This document shows, one piece after another, positions 1 to 11,734 of a stretch of DNA of 64,000 nucleotides. The notes under the pieces were generated by a model, which worked only from the letters and a program-made list of their open reading frames with translations, did not search any database and was not told the origin of the DNA. How positions within the stretch are numbered: position 1 is the stretch's first letter; every line of letters begins with the position of its first letter. The translations under genes were made by a program, and so were the position numbers. The stretch comes from Phoronis australis (lineage: Eukaryota > Animalia > Phoronida). The stretch lies in the NCBI GenBank assembly GCA_002633005.1, contig NMRA01000516.1, positions 72,184 to 136,183 of the forward strand, in the 5' to 3' direction.

Positions 1-8
1 AGACCTAC

Positions 9-193
9 GATTATTTTATTGAATGTGTCATGGATCATATCTCTCATGGTCTCAGCCTGGGCCTGATGAATTCTCTTCAAGTTGCGATACTCGCTCTTTA
101 GCTCTTTAGTCTGTTTATGCACATCGTTGATCTTCTGTTGTATCTCTGGACTGATGATTGGTTGAGGAGTCGAACACGAGCCATCAGAAATAC
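9..193 (-). CDS. SRCIN1/KIAA1217-like gene, coiled-coil exon (ISDGSCSTPQPIISPEIQQKINDVHKQTKELKSEYRNLKRIHQAQAETMRDMIHDTFNKII); the gene continues beyond the window start
   Basis: Acceptor ttccttAG at 194-195 and donor GTAGGT at 7-8. Open frame with heptad character. Phase-1 start matches the upstream exon. Confidence 0.85.
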
Positions 194-1800
194 CTAAGGA
201 AACAAAGTACACATCACCACTCTTAGTTTTATACACAAGAATGTGAAATATGCAGGAGTTTTGCTAATACTAAAGGGAAAGAATAAAGAAAATAAAAAAA
301 GTGAAAGTTGTTTCAATAAATGTTTCATAATTTTTATCTTACTACAGGGCGAATGCCTAAAGGCAATAAATTCTAAAGTAGATGATTAAACTAACTAACA
401 CTGCCATAGGTTATATACACAAACGGGTCTATATGATTACCTTGTAACAAACTGTGTTGATGACAGGCATTCCCAAGATATCACGAATGACACAGAACAA
501 TACCTCTATACACCAGATGTATGTTAATATTGCTGTTAAACCATTCATTCCCTTTACATTTCAACAGGAAGCGAATGTAAGTAGAAAACAACACAGGATA
601 GGCAAAGCAATATCAAAAGCAACACAAACAAATACAACTATCAGTCGTGAGGTGACGACATAAATGTCACAATAACATAATGCTACCAGTGTTCCAAGCC
701 TGCAAAATTATTGACCATCTCTAGGACAGAAATGATATTTCAATCATCAGTGTTGTATTTATTATATCAGCTCCAGGCACTAGACCCTCTGTACCAACTT
801 TCTTCAATGAATAGGAAATGTCAGCTTCTTAGTCTCGATGAGTGACATGAAACAATTGAAACACTGCGACCCATGAACACGTTGGGCCACAACAACTTTA
901 CCAGCAACAACGTGTATCGGATCTTTTATAGTTTTAAGAGAAACAATAACTTAATCACTTGACACTACGAATACTTTGTTCACCACATTCATTGAACTTT
1001 AGTTTCCAGTGGATGCATTTCAGAATAACACTGGTTACAAGCTTTCCTGGGGGACAAGCTTTCCTCGATGTGACTTAATTATAAAAAGAAATGAATTTTA
1101 ATGAATTATATTTAATTATCATGTCAGCATGCCTTGAACACATGAAACATGATCAAAAACGTGAATTTTCGGTTGAAAGGTTGGGAAGCTGGAGGGAGTT
1201 GATAGACATAAGCACCAAACAGACAATGCACACAAACTGATAAGCTGTCACAACAACCACGTTTGTATACCTGAGAGACGTCTTTCTATGTTCATACCTG
1301 TGACATTCATGGTTCAAGATTAGGAGATAAAGTAACATGGGGAGATCAGCTTAGTACACATGAAAAGTTACAAGATCAATCTTTACATGAAGGATTATGT
1401 TACAAAAAAAAGTTTAATTAGGTTATGTTGCAACTGAAAATCGCTTTAAAATTCCTATGGCCATGACAACTCAATGTGGCTTTGAATCCTGGACCTTAAT
1501 GTAGTTTGACAGAACATACTTGGACTAAATAACCAAGAAATAATTATACACCACCAAGCTTTTAAAAGACATCTGTGTCTTTATTTGGAAACTCGATTAA
1601 CTCTGATTTTTACAACTTAAAGACCAGAAAGTATTACATTTGTGCATGTATGAGAAGATAAACTTGAGGCAAATGCAGCGAAGGGAACAACATCTAAGAC
1701 ATGCTAGAAATGACTAATCAGGAAAACACAAGATGATGCAAGACTTTGTGAGATATCAATATGTGTTACAAGTGAAGCATGACATTACCAGAAGATGACT

Positions 1801-3699
1801 GGGGATTGTTCTAAAACCCACATGACCTCAGCACCTCGCGATCCCCGACCCCCTTGACCTACGGCCCACATCACCCTCGGCCCAGTCTACAGAAGCATGA
1901 CTCGATCTAAACATAGACAGCACTGACTTGCAGGACCAACGAGTGAGGCCGTAAGATCCGATGGCTTTTCCCTGTTTTTTGGCAATTAAAAGAGTTGAAT
2001 CGGCAAGTTTGAAAGCCAAAAAATGCGACGAAATCAAATCAATTCAAAGGCCTACCAAAGTTACAAATGTCGTTCCCGACAAAGTGTAATCGTCTCGTCT
2101 GCTCTTCAGTGGATGTCAGGTTCAAGCTTTTTTGGGAGAGTGCAAGGAACGACAAATACGTAATTTCTTCAGTAAATACAGTTTGAAAAAACAAACCAGT
2201 AACTAACAAGAGCAACGCGGAGCGTTGGAATGCACCCATGAATGCGCTGCAAACAGTGTGCTTCTAGGGCGTTTATTTGTATCATAAAAATGGCCACTAG
2301 ATAGTGCAAAATACTTCTAATCCATCAAAAAACTGGAAAATGTCACCGTTTTTTTAACAGAAAGCTACTTACATTTCATAAAAATCCGTCAAGAAACTTT
2401 AGCAAAACGGAAAAAATGAAATTGCCACTAGGGGACAAAGCATTCATCGGATACGTCTGAAAGTTCTCGTCTTCCGTTGTCAACGTCATATAAATACACT
2501 TGCTAAATATTCTGCAGAGGGCTTAGGAGATAGAGATAAGGGTGAAAAAATGCCACTAGGAGGCGCCACAGTAATTGAAGCCTTAAAATCATCGTCAACC
2601 GTCCTCTTCACACTAACAATATATAAGCCAGTTTTCACAATCATCCTAAGAGTGGTTTGGTTGACAGAGGGCGGATGCCAAAAACAGACTAGAAAATAAT
2701 AAAAATGACCACAAGACGGAGCAAAATACGTCGAACCCGTCAGAAAACTGGAAAATGTCATCATTTCTTTAAAAGAAAGCTTTTACACAAATTTCATGAA
2801 AATTCGTCGATTAACTTCAGCGAAACAGAGGAAAACAGAAAAAATGAAATTGTCACTATGAGGCAGTGTTAGTCGGACCCGTCTGAAAGTCGTCGTCTTC
2901 CCTTGTTAATTTCATATAAATGCACATACTAAATTTAATAAAGATCCTGCAGAGGGCTTAGGAGATAGAGGTACACCTGGGTGCAAAACAAAAACAAAAA
3001 TAAAACTGCCACTAGGAGGCGCCACAGTAGTCGAAGTCATCAGAAAAACATCGTCAATTGTCCTCTTTATATCAAGAACATACATGCTAATTTTCACAAT
3101 CATCCTTAGAGCAGTTTGGTTGATAGAGGGATGGACGCTAAAAAACAGACTCAAAAAAAAACAAGTATAGCGTTGTCTCCCTAACAGATGCCTATATGCC
3201 AAATTTTATGAAAATACGATAAGGATCTTTAAGATATAGAGGTAAGCGCAAAAAAGTAAAATTGCCACTAGGGGACAAACCGATTGTCAGATCCGTCCGA
3301 AAGTAGTCGTCATCCATTGTCAACATCATATAATAAATACATTAACTTGCTAAATTTCATAAAGATCCGGCTAACGCTTAAGGAGATATGTTTAATAGAA
3401 CAGCGGCATTGCTAGGCGCACAAGGAACTATTTCCATGACAACCATACCACACTCACAATTCGCTATTGCTGATGCAACTTTCTGTTTTAAACCACCAGA
3501 CTTGAGCCAGAGTGGATTCGCGTGTAGGTAAGTCTGATGGGAAAGATATTCAGTGACTTAATATGATTATGAAATTTGTAAAGAGTGCAAAGACACATCT
3601 ATTGCCACAAATTGTGGGTCGAGGGAGTTGTGAGTCATGGGTGTTGTGGGTCGAGAGGGTTGTGGGGTGTGCGGGGGTCAACAGGGTTTTAGAACAATC
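1801..3699. mobile_element. Non-autonomous TIR element (GGGGATTGTTCTAAAACCC...GGGTTTTAGAACAATC) with a nested HINE-like insert
   Basis: Terminal inverted repeat plus subterminal GACCC/GGGTC repeats. A related copy lies at ~20425-21210. Confidence 0.7.
2205..3390 (-). mobile_element. Helentron/HINE-like element, family A (partial), nested in the 1801-3699 element
   Basis: Terminal AACAAGAGCAACGC..GCGTTG hairpin and internal 'gccactagg' tandem subrepeats, shared with the copies at 46.9, 57.1 and 62.3 kb. Confidence 0.7.
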
Positions 3700-3890
3700 A
3701 AACACTTTGTGAGACATCAACATGTATTACAAGTGAAGCATGACTTTACACTATAGCCATCCCTCACCAAATTCTTACATCTACGGAACACAAGCAATTT
3801 TTTATTATTAAACTTAAAATGCAAGTAGACAGAGGCATTCAAGGAAGAATTGCATGACTATGACTCGTGTATGCACGAGGTAACGCATAC

Positions 3891-3932
3891 CTTGAAGGTG
3901 GTCCGGCTCTGACTTAGAATAGACAACTTCAG
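3891..3932 (-). CDS. Candidate 42-nt symmetric (phase 1-1) microexon of the SRCIN1-like gene (EVVYSKSEPDHLQ)
   Basis: Pyrimidine-rich acceptor tgttttcttattgctgtttgatttgtAG and donor AG|GTATGC. Length is a multiple of 3, it is stop-free, and it is in phase with both flanking exons. Confidence 0.5.
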
Positions 3933-4103
3933 CTACAAATCAAACAGCAATAAGAAAACACTGGAAATGTGGAAACCACTACAACTAGTGCTGTGACAGA
4001 TGACAGAAACAACAGATAAACTCAAACAAAGATTATGACAGAAATGAGAGAAATGTAAAACATGTGAAGCACACTAGTTCAAAACAAGAATGGAAAATAA
4101 ACG

Positions 4104-4326
4104 TCTAGTATAAAGAAAGACGTGATACTGTGTCTAGTATATTAAAGAAAGACGTGATACTGTATCTAGTATATTAAAGAAAGACGTGATACTGTGTCTA
4201 GTATAAAGAAAGACGCAATACTGTGTCTAGTATAAAGAAAGACGCAATACTGTGTCTAGTATAATTAAGAAAGACGCGATACTGTAAAAAGACGTGATAC
4301 TGTAAAAAGACGTGATACTGTGTCTA
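4104..4326. repeat. Minisatellite, ~30-34 bp unit (gtctagtataaagaaagacgtgatactgt)
   Basis: About 7 tandem, partly truncated copies. Confidence 0.9.
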
Positions 4327-4635
4327 ACCTAAAGAGATGGAATTCTTTGTGTAATCTAAAATTCTGGCAAAAAAATCGAATTTTGAAATTCAATAACTGT
4401 AACAATGGAGTACAAACTTAAGTGACCCAAGGTTGTTGCAGCCAATGCCTGGAATATTGGCTATTACCTTGAAACCATCTTAATATACTCATCTTTTCCC
4501 AAGCCTCTATTGTCTGGAATACCAGTCTCATTGTTTTTAAAATATCCCTTACAAATTTTAGTGGACTCTAATGTGCATGTGGTCATTGCTTTTGTTCTGT
4601 TCCACACTATTCTGGCGAACCTCATTGATACTCAC

Positions 4636-4757
4636 TGCTTCTAGGAGTGTAGGAACCATCCGAGGCACGGTCACTCTCACTGGCAGTTCTAGATCTGGAC
4701 GACTGGACCCAGGCGGTCAAGTTGGCAATCTGGGCTTCCATACGAGCCATTCTGTTC
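4636..4757 (-). CDS. SRCIN1/KIAA1217-like exon (NRMARMEAQIANLTAWVQSSRSRTASESDRASDGSYTPRS)
   Basis: Resembles the family motif 'ETRERMEAMEKQIASLTGLVQ'. Acceptor ttttAG, donor GTGAGT, phases 2 and 1 consistent. Confidence 0.9.
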
Positions 4758-4816
4758 CTAAAACATCATCACATATTGCACTGGAAGTACATGCAAGTGT
4801 TTGCTTCAAAAGGCAA

Positions 4817-4872
4817 AGGGTAAGGGTAGAGGGTAAGGGTAAGGGTACAGGGTAAGGGTACAGGGTAAGGGT
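4817..4872. repeat. (GGGTAA/GGGTACA)n simple repeat, potential G-quadruplex
   Basis: Nine GGG tracts separated by 3-4 nt. Confidence 0.85.
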
Positions 4873-5343
4873 ACTTAAGTATTTGGTAAAAGTTTATGAA
4901 ACTATTGTTTATGCTTGACTCAGCGAGAGTGGAAAAAAAACAAGTAACATTTACGGCATTCAAATTAGATTTTTCACAATAAGCAGATTATTTTGCAAAG
5001 TATCAAATCATTTCTTTAGATACACGTATTACTACAGCTCCAGAATTTTGTACTCAATTCTCCACTTGCTTGGCACACTCACCTTATTTCACAAATCCAA
5101 AAATATTTTGAAAAATGATAGTTTTGCACACAGTCACTCTTGCACTTCGGAAAATATCAATGCAATGTACCATCATCTCAACTGTGTTAATAAGGTCTGA
5201 ACATTGAATATTCCTCACTTAAATTACCCAGGCATTCATATGGGACACCTCACGCTGCAGTAAACATGAGGGGTGACCTGGAGGAATGTTTGCATGACCT
5301 AGATGAATGTTTGCATGACCTAGATGAGTATTCGGGTCACTAA

Positions 5344-5691
5344 AGTACCGTCCACACTATGAGTTGCCCTAGCACAAGTTACTCCTAGAACCAGCTGTCA
5401 CCAGATCTACTAGCAGTGTGATCACTGCGGCAACTTGACAAATGTGTGACAACTTACCCTACCTTACTTATCGAGGTAGGATAACTTGTTCCAGGGAAAC
5501 TTGCCCTAGCAGAAGTTGCAATGTGGACGCAAACCTGCAGACAAGGTGGAAGTATTTACCATCTATGCACACTTGCTCAGTTACATACTTGCTCGCCAAA
5601 TTTGTTGTGGACAAGGAGTAGGGTGCATGATATGGATGGTCGGCTAACTGGATACAAGTTACTCTAGGGTAACTCATAGTGTAGATTCGAG
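5344..5691. mobile_element. MITE with TIR ACACTATGAGTTGCCCTAG / CTAGGGTAACTCATAGTGT (possibly PIF/Harbinger-like)
   Basis: Inverted termini visible. A diverged relative lies at ~8880-9125. Confidence 0.6.
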
Positions 5692-6156
5692 TTAACAGTC
5701 ATATTCTTAAAAAATGTTTTAGCAATGATGGGGCACTTGCCTATTAGAACAACTTAAAGAAACTTAATTACAGTTAATTGAATCACATTGGCAACTCCTA
5801 GGCTGCATTTCATTAAATTCACAGACCAACAGATGGCGATGCTTGGTTGCTCAGTTAATTTAGCACACCAGACAAACTACGAAGTTTGTAAATTCAGTTG
5901 ATTTGGCACAAATATCTATGAAAAAATATGTCTGTTTAATTCATTTTGTGCAAAATAAGTGGAGAATTACAAGAGGTGGCGCTGGTTGGACAAGGTGACA
6001 AGTAAATCATGGATAGAGATATCAGCATACATGCTCATAAATATGAGTAGAAAAAGTGAAATATGAGTAGGAAATTAACCTCACTCGAATCGTTTGAACG
6101 AGCCAGGAGCAGACGTCTAGCGTTTCTGTTTTTGGTTGTCACTCTTTACCAGTGCA

Positions 6157-6351
6157 AATGTGGAACTACAAGTGCAAGATGTGGAAATACGAGCGCAAGA
6201 TGTGGAAATACGAGTGCAATATGTGGAAATACGAGTGCAAGATGTGGAAATACGAGTGCAATGTGTGGAAATACGAGTGCAAGATGTGGAAATACGAGCG
6301 CAATATGTGGAAATACGAGTGCAAGATGTGGAAATACAAGTGCAAGATGTG
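6157..6351. repeat. 21-bp minisatellite (tgtggaaatacgagtgcaaga) x~9
   Basis: Direct tandem copies, located in an intron. Confidence 0.95.
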
Positions 6352-6608
6352 CCGTCACTCATATTTTTAACCAGGCATTTTTGCCTGTGTTGAATGGTGC
6401 AAATGAATTGCTAAGAATTACCAAGCCAGTGATTAATGCAACTGAAAACTGACTAAGACATTTGACACAACAAACCTTAGATTAAATTCAGAAAGAACAT
6501 GAAAAGTAGAATTTGTAACACTGAAAGTATACAAATCTCCTTTCATGCTGTACTTAAGAAATACTGCATTTAATGAGTGAATCACATAGTTTTCTCAGAT
6601 CTGCCCAC

Positions 6609-6751
6609 CTGGTCTCAGGGTCAGGGGTGCTGGCCCCTGACCTTATACCATCAGGGTCATAGACAGGGTTGTAGCTATCCCCTGTTTGTCCACTGGGGGC
6701 AGTAACAGCTGGCTGTTGACTAGCAATGGGCAAGGAAACTGCACGATTCGC
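6609..6751 (-). CDS. SRCIN1/KIAA1217-like exon (ANRAVSLPIASQQPAVTAPSGQTGDSYNPVYDPDGIRSGASTPDPET)
   Basis: Lies in ORF 6554-6832. Acceptor tttcAG, donor AG|GTGGGC. Joins the next exon in frame to give PDPETRNRMARME. Confidence 0.88.
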
Positions 6752-7360
6752 CTGAAATAACAAACACAAAATTGCATTACTACAGAGAATACACATGTTG
6801 GAGTAACTATAGAGAAAGCACAATATACGCATTCACTTGTCAACACAATAGATACATTCATTTCTCAACACACTTATCACACCTTTTTATAATCCATGCA
6901 GTTTTATTCTTTAGAAATTTATCCCAGCTGGGTGGCCACTGTATTCTCTTTTCTTCTGATGATGGTGTTAAAATAAATGACATCGAAACATGCCAAGTCG
7001 ACTTAAAACCGTTGTAACAGTTGTTTTTATTAATATATGCTGCTACTTGCTATCATGGAGATCATCAATATTGGACAAAAATAATGAATTTCCCATTTTT
7101 CATTCTTCATGGTCTTCTAGCAGTATTGTGAATGCCCACATTTTTTCAAAATATTTTTGATGGTAGCAATATCAAAATGACACTCTATTACAAGCCAAAT
7201 CATCAAGTCTGATATCAAGCAATATCAACCTTCCAGTCCATCTCAAGTTCAATAATCATCTCTAATCTCCATAAGGAACAAGTTAAGTGCACTAAATCAA
7301 AAATTCTTTTTGATAGAAGACAGGTATATAGGACCGTTAAATACACAGATAACCACCCAC

Positions 7361-7583
7361 CTTTCTACTTCCCTCTGTGTTGGCATGGTAACTGGATGAC
7401 CGTCCAATAATATTCCTACTTCTGTGAGCAGCTTCAAACTCTGGTTCTGAGAAGTAGGTGTCCAAATCATCAACGTTGGTTTCATGAACCTGTTTTGCTG
7501 GGTTGGCTGGTACGTACATGTGCTGTAAGGGGGCTCCACTGTCATCCTCGTAAAGGTGTAGTACACAACGGTCATGGACTTGC
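7361..7583 (-). CDS. SRCIN1/KIAA1217-like exon (QVHDRCVLHLYEDDSGAPLQHMYVPAN...NTEGSRK), end of the AIP3-like domain
   Basis: Acceptor tttttaacAG, donor AAG|GTGGGT, phases 2 and 0. QVHDRCVLHLYE aligns with the family 'DIQDRSIIKIY' segment. Confidence 0.88.
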
Positions 7584-8085
7584 CTGTTAAAAATAACACA
7601 AAGTAATTATCTTGAGTACTCATCTGGTGAAGGTGGCTATAGGCGTTTCGGACATTTGCTGGTGGAGATTGGATTTGCTAAAAATGTTTGTTTTTTGTGT
7701 AAATATATATACCACATTACTTTTTATCCAAACACTTATGGCAGCTGGTCCAGGAAATACTGGTCTACTTAATTTCAAAAGGTCAGGCACTTCTCAACTC
7801 ATTAACAAGGGAACAATCCAGTGTTGACATTTAGCCTTTTTGTCAAATTGATGACAGCAATGTGACTTACAATGCAACAGTATAAGTATGTCTGCATTAC
7901 AATGAAGAAAAGAGATAATGACCAGTACATTTGCATGTAAAGAATTAAATACAGTTTAAGAAAAGAGATAATGACCAGTACATTTGCATGTGAAGAAGGA
8001 CTCAAGTGCTTAACACAGGTATTGCACTGTGGGTAAATGCCTTAGAATAAGAATGGTGCAGGACGAGTCTATTCAATTTGAATGG

Positions 8086-8685
8086 CAAAGTCTTACCTTG
8101 TGCCTTGAAGCTGGTCATAAGTCTGTGTGCTCCGATCCAACATGTATAAATGATATTACATCAAAAGTCTTACCTTGTGTCTTGAAGCTAGTCATAAGTC
8201 TGTGTGCTCTGATCCAACATGTATATATGATATTACATCAAAAGTCTTACCTTGTGTCTTGAAGCTAGTCATAAGTCTGTGTGCTCTGATCCAACATGTA
8301 TATATGATATTACATCAAAAGTCTTACCTTGTGTCTTGAAGCTGGTCTAAGTCTGTGTGCTCTGATCCAACATGTATATATAATACTACATCAAAAGTCT
8401 TACCTTGTGTCTTAAAGCTAGTCTAAGTCTGTGTGCTCCGATCCAACATGTATATATAATATTACATCAAAAGTCTTACCTTGTGTCTTGAAGCTGGTCA
8501 TAAGTCTGTGTGCTCCGATCCAACATGTATATATAATACTACATCAAAAGTCTTACCTTGTGTCTTAAAGCTAGTCTAAGTCTGTGTGCTCCGATCCAAC
8601 ATGTATATATAATACTACATCAAAAGTCTTACCTTGTGTCTTGAAGCTGGTCATAAGTCTGTGTGCTCTGATCCAACACGTATAT
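8086..8685 (-). repeat. 76-77 bp tandem repeat x8 made from the 3' end of the AIP3-domain exon and its 5' splice site
   Basis: TCTTACCTTG recurs at 8091, 8168, 8245, 8322, 8398, 8474, 8551 and 8627; the last copy is the real exon boundary. Confidence 0.95.
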
Positions 8686-8834
8686 CTTTCTCCAGGGAGA
8701 GTTCAAGAATTGCATTGTTAATTTGTCGGGGAATGAGCGCACAAAAAGGGCTTTAATTGTGTCGACGTGCGAAACCTCATTTGGTAGAAGGGCGCGTCTT
8801 GTCTGACCTCGGTATACAAGGAACACTAGACCAC
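8633..8834 (-). CDS. SRCIN1/KIAA1217/CG32809-like AIP3-domain exon (GLVFLVYRGQTRRALLPNEVSHVDTIKALFVRSFPDKLTMQFLNSPWRKIYVLDQSTQTYDQLQDT)
   Basis: Closely matches the remembered family hallmark 'GLVFLQYRSETKRALLPNEITSIDTVRALFVRSFP'. Acceptor ctctgtAG, donor AG|GTAAGA. Confidence 0.95.
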
Positions 8835-9757
8835 CTACAGAGTAAAGAACAATCACTGTTCAGTAGTTTGCGCCACTTTAGGTGCTGTCCACACAGCGAA
8901 TTACTCAAGAAAAAGTTACCGCTTTGGAATGAGTTGTTGCTACATGTAGGTTTAGCAATTCCAATATTTTGGTAGTATTAACACACGTATGACAAATAAA
9001 TTGACGTTACTGAAGTAGGGCAACTTGTTCCAGGGTAATTTGCTCCTGTGCAAGTTGCAGACCGATGGCAAACCTATTGTTGAGGTGGAAGAAATCAACA
9101 GCTGTGTGCTTGCTGAGTTACATACCTACAGGCACTGTCATTTTGGCCCTATACTTTTTTTTAATCATAACAATATTTTATTATCTTCACCATGCAATCT
9201 GTAACCACATGGTGGGCAACCAGCCAAAAAGCCAACAGGAAAAATGCAAATAATCAGCCAACTTTCTTGCAAACTTTCATACGGACAAACAGATAATTTG
9301 TGTAGTGTCACAAGAAGTCAGATACGTAGCATGGTTGCTCAGCTGATTGGGTTGAGAAGATCTGGGGTAAGTAGTATTAAGGTGAAGTCGCAGTGTGGAT
9401 ATGATTATCTTTTAGATAATACCTTGTTGTTTTTGTACTAGTACTGACTTAAATTAAGTTAATAGATGTTTTATTTTCTCAGACTGAAGTTGGCTGAAAA
9501 ATTGGATGTGTCCACAACAGGACAACAACATGCTGTCTTGTCATGAGTGGTCATGAATTACTATAATGTAATGCAAGTTTACAGAACAACAAAAATGGCC
9601 TTTATCATTATTATAATAATAATTATTATTATTTAAAGTATTACAGTTCCCAAGATCGAGGTCTCATTTCATTCACTTTCCTGGTGAAGGGCACATTTTG
9701 TGATACAAGTCAAGCTCATTTCCAGAAGAAAGGTTTTTGAATATGTTGAAAACCTAC

Positions 9758-9965
9758 CGACACCAGGAGCTGGCCGTGACGGTGACCGCACGGGCATGCT
9801 GGCGCGGTAACGCCCCCCACGGTACAGTCCTGTGGCACTTGTCTCTGCTTCTGACATGATGCCTGGGTCATCGACATCGGACTCATAGACTGGGCCAGGG
9901 GCTCGGCGTGCCACTGACTGCTGGGAAGGTGCACTACGTCTGTAAATGTCTGCAGATCCAGGCCT
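9758..9965 (-). CDS. SRCIN1/CG32809-like exon (RPGSADIYRR...DDPGIMSEAETSATGLYRGGRYRASMPVRSPSRPAPGV)
   Basis: Contains the DDPGIMSEAET motif typical of invertebrate members. Acceptor gttacAG, donor G|GTAGGT, phases 0 and 1. Confidence 0.92.
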
Positions 9966-10067
9966 CTGTAACGCGGTCAGGAGTTGAGATTAGACCAATA
10001 GAAAAATCTTCCACATACTCAGTGGAGTACTTGTAAGTCATTAGGTGCTGTCATCAGAAAGCATTAA

Positions 10068-11734
10068 AGGAGAATGCCACCCAAAAAACAACCTTTAGAT
10101 CGAGTAGTTCTACTTGATAACGGTATGTTCGGTTGCGTTACCTGACACCTGACGGCAGACGGTAGTGTTGAAATTATCCAATGACGTAATTGGTTTCACA
10201 CACAGTCTGTTCTGCAGTTCACAATACAGGTTAGCGGTGTCAGCTTATCGCTTGAATTCAACGTTTAACACCAATAAATCATCAAACTTCGATGTAAAAC
10301 CCTTAAAAATAAACCGAGTCCTTATAAAAACGTGTTGCTTTATTTCGCTGTTACGGATTTACTGGTATTTGGACACACTGTAGCCTACAAAATTCGTCAC
10401 TGAGGCCAATTTACCAAGATCCGTAGCAGGCGTTTGGGGACTATTTGGAGATAAATTCGAAGTATTCTTCCGTGAAATACAGACAGGAGAACCTAGATCT
10501 GTGTTCTAAACTCACAAAACACTTGTTATCCCGGCCAGTGGCTTGGAACCCGATCACTAGGCCAGGCGTCGCGGCCGGACTGACTCGTTATCCCGACCAG
10601 TTGCTCGGAACCCGATCAGGCCCGTTGGAAACTATATCTCCAGTCACGAAAAGACTATAATAGTGAGCCTAAGACATAATGAGCACATAATTATTTATGT
10701 GAATTAGCCACGAAACTGAAAATCTACTTACTTGTCGGAGGCCGCGAAGTCGGGTTCCCTTTCCACAGACCATTAGGGCAAAGGTTGTACAGTACCAACG
10801 ATTTGAATAATGTATTTGTATTTCTAAATAAAGATTCCCATAACATGTGACCCGCATATAAAAACGAGTACTTGTTTCACAACAGCTTTCTTTCTGCCAG
10901 CAAACACTGAATTAGCATGCGCTCACACGGCCTCGGCGGTGCCTGGTCAATTACCTTTGTTGCTGGCATCAAAAGCCGGTAACTCAGTGGTATATTCATT
11001 GCTGGCTTCTCAAAACATTTGCACTCACAAGCACTCCAAGGCATTACAAATTGTAGCTAATGAGACAGATTTTGTTTCAGTTTCATATAAGCATTGGTTG
11101 GGATCATTTTAGGATGAGAATAATTCATTTTGAAACAGAATGCAGAATAATAAACGTCTACATGGCCACTCGCCCTGCGCCAATCCCGACTTAGCCAAGA
11201 GCTCATCTGACGAAGAATTCACGCTGGGTCGGATCGTTAGGTTTCACAGGCTATCAGTTCGAACTGGAATACACTGATCAAGAAATACTAGAGAGGCGCC
11301 GTGAACATGCACAGGCAACGGAACGTATGGATAGTTCTTTGGTAAGCCGGAATTCGTCAGAGAAATCACTGTCGACGAAATGCCGGCCACAGACACGGAG
11401 ATGTTTCATGGCCTCATACTTGTTACAGCGTAGCTTTCATTCTTCACTACCGCAAGCCACTTCCTAAGCAGTTCGGGCTCTCGAGGAAGTCGAAAAAACG
11501 ATATACCCGCTTTCTTCGCAGCTTCACAGTTCAGACAAGCAAGAATGATGCACCGCAATATAGGGGCATTCACTCAGCAGACGAACCACTGATGTGGCTG
11601 CGTTGTTTCTCACCTTCCTCACAGGTTAACACGACACCTCTCGGCAAGGTGAGGTCGACCGTATAAGAGGCGATGAGGATGTAGACTGATTAAGACAGTA
11701 AAAAAGGCTAATTAAAATCGGGTGGCATTCTCCT
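10068..11734. mobile_element. Internally deleted Kolobok-like DNA transposon
   Basis: TTAA on both sides (10064-10067, 11735-11738) and a perfect 15-bp TIR AGGAGAATGCCACCC. Contains a THAP remnant and a YQFE.EY KolX-like remnant. Confidence 0.85.
11372..11569 (-). pseudogene. Frameshifted THAP zinc-finger fragment of a transposase (MPLYC...GISFFRLPREPELLRKWLAVV...HLRVCGRHFVD)
   Basis: Hand translation shows the THAP hallmarks F-x-x-P, W and CxxHF, with frameshifts. Confidence 0.8.

Noticed and set aside
6063-6452. Repetitive ORFs in five frames (CGNTSAR, HLALVFP, KMWKYEC)
   Set aside because: By-product of a stop-free 21-bp minisatellite in an intron; no splice or phase support.
8086-8685. 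CRISPR-like array
   Set aside because: No unique spacers and no cas genes; eukaryotic locus; the unit derives from the adjacent exon.
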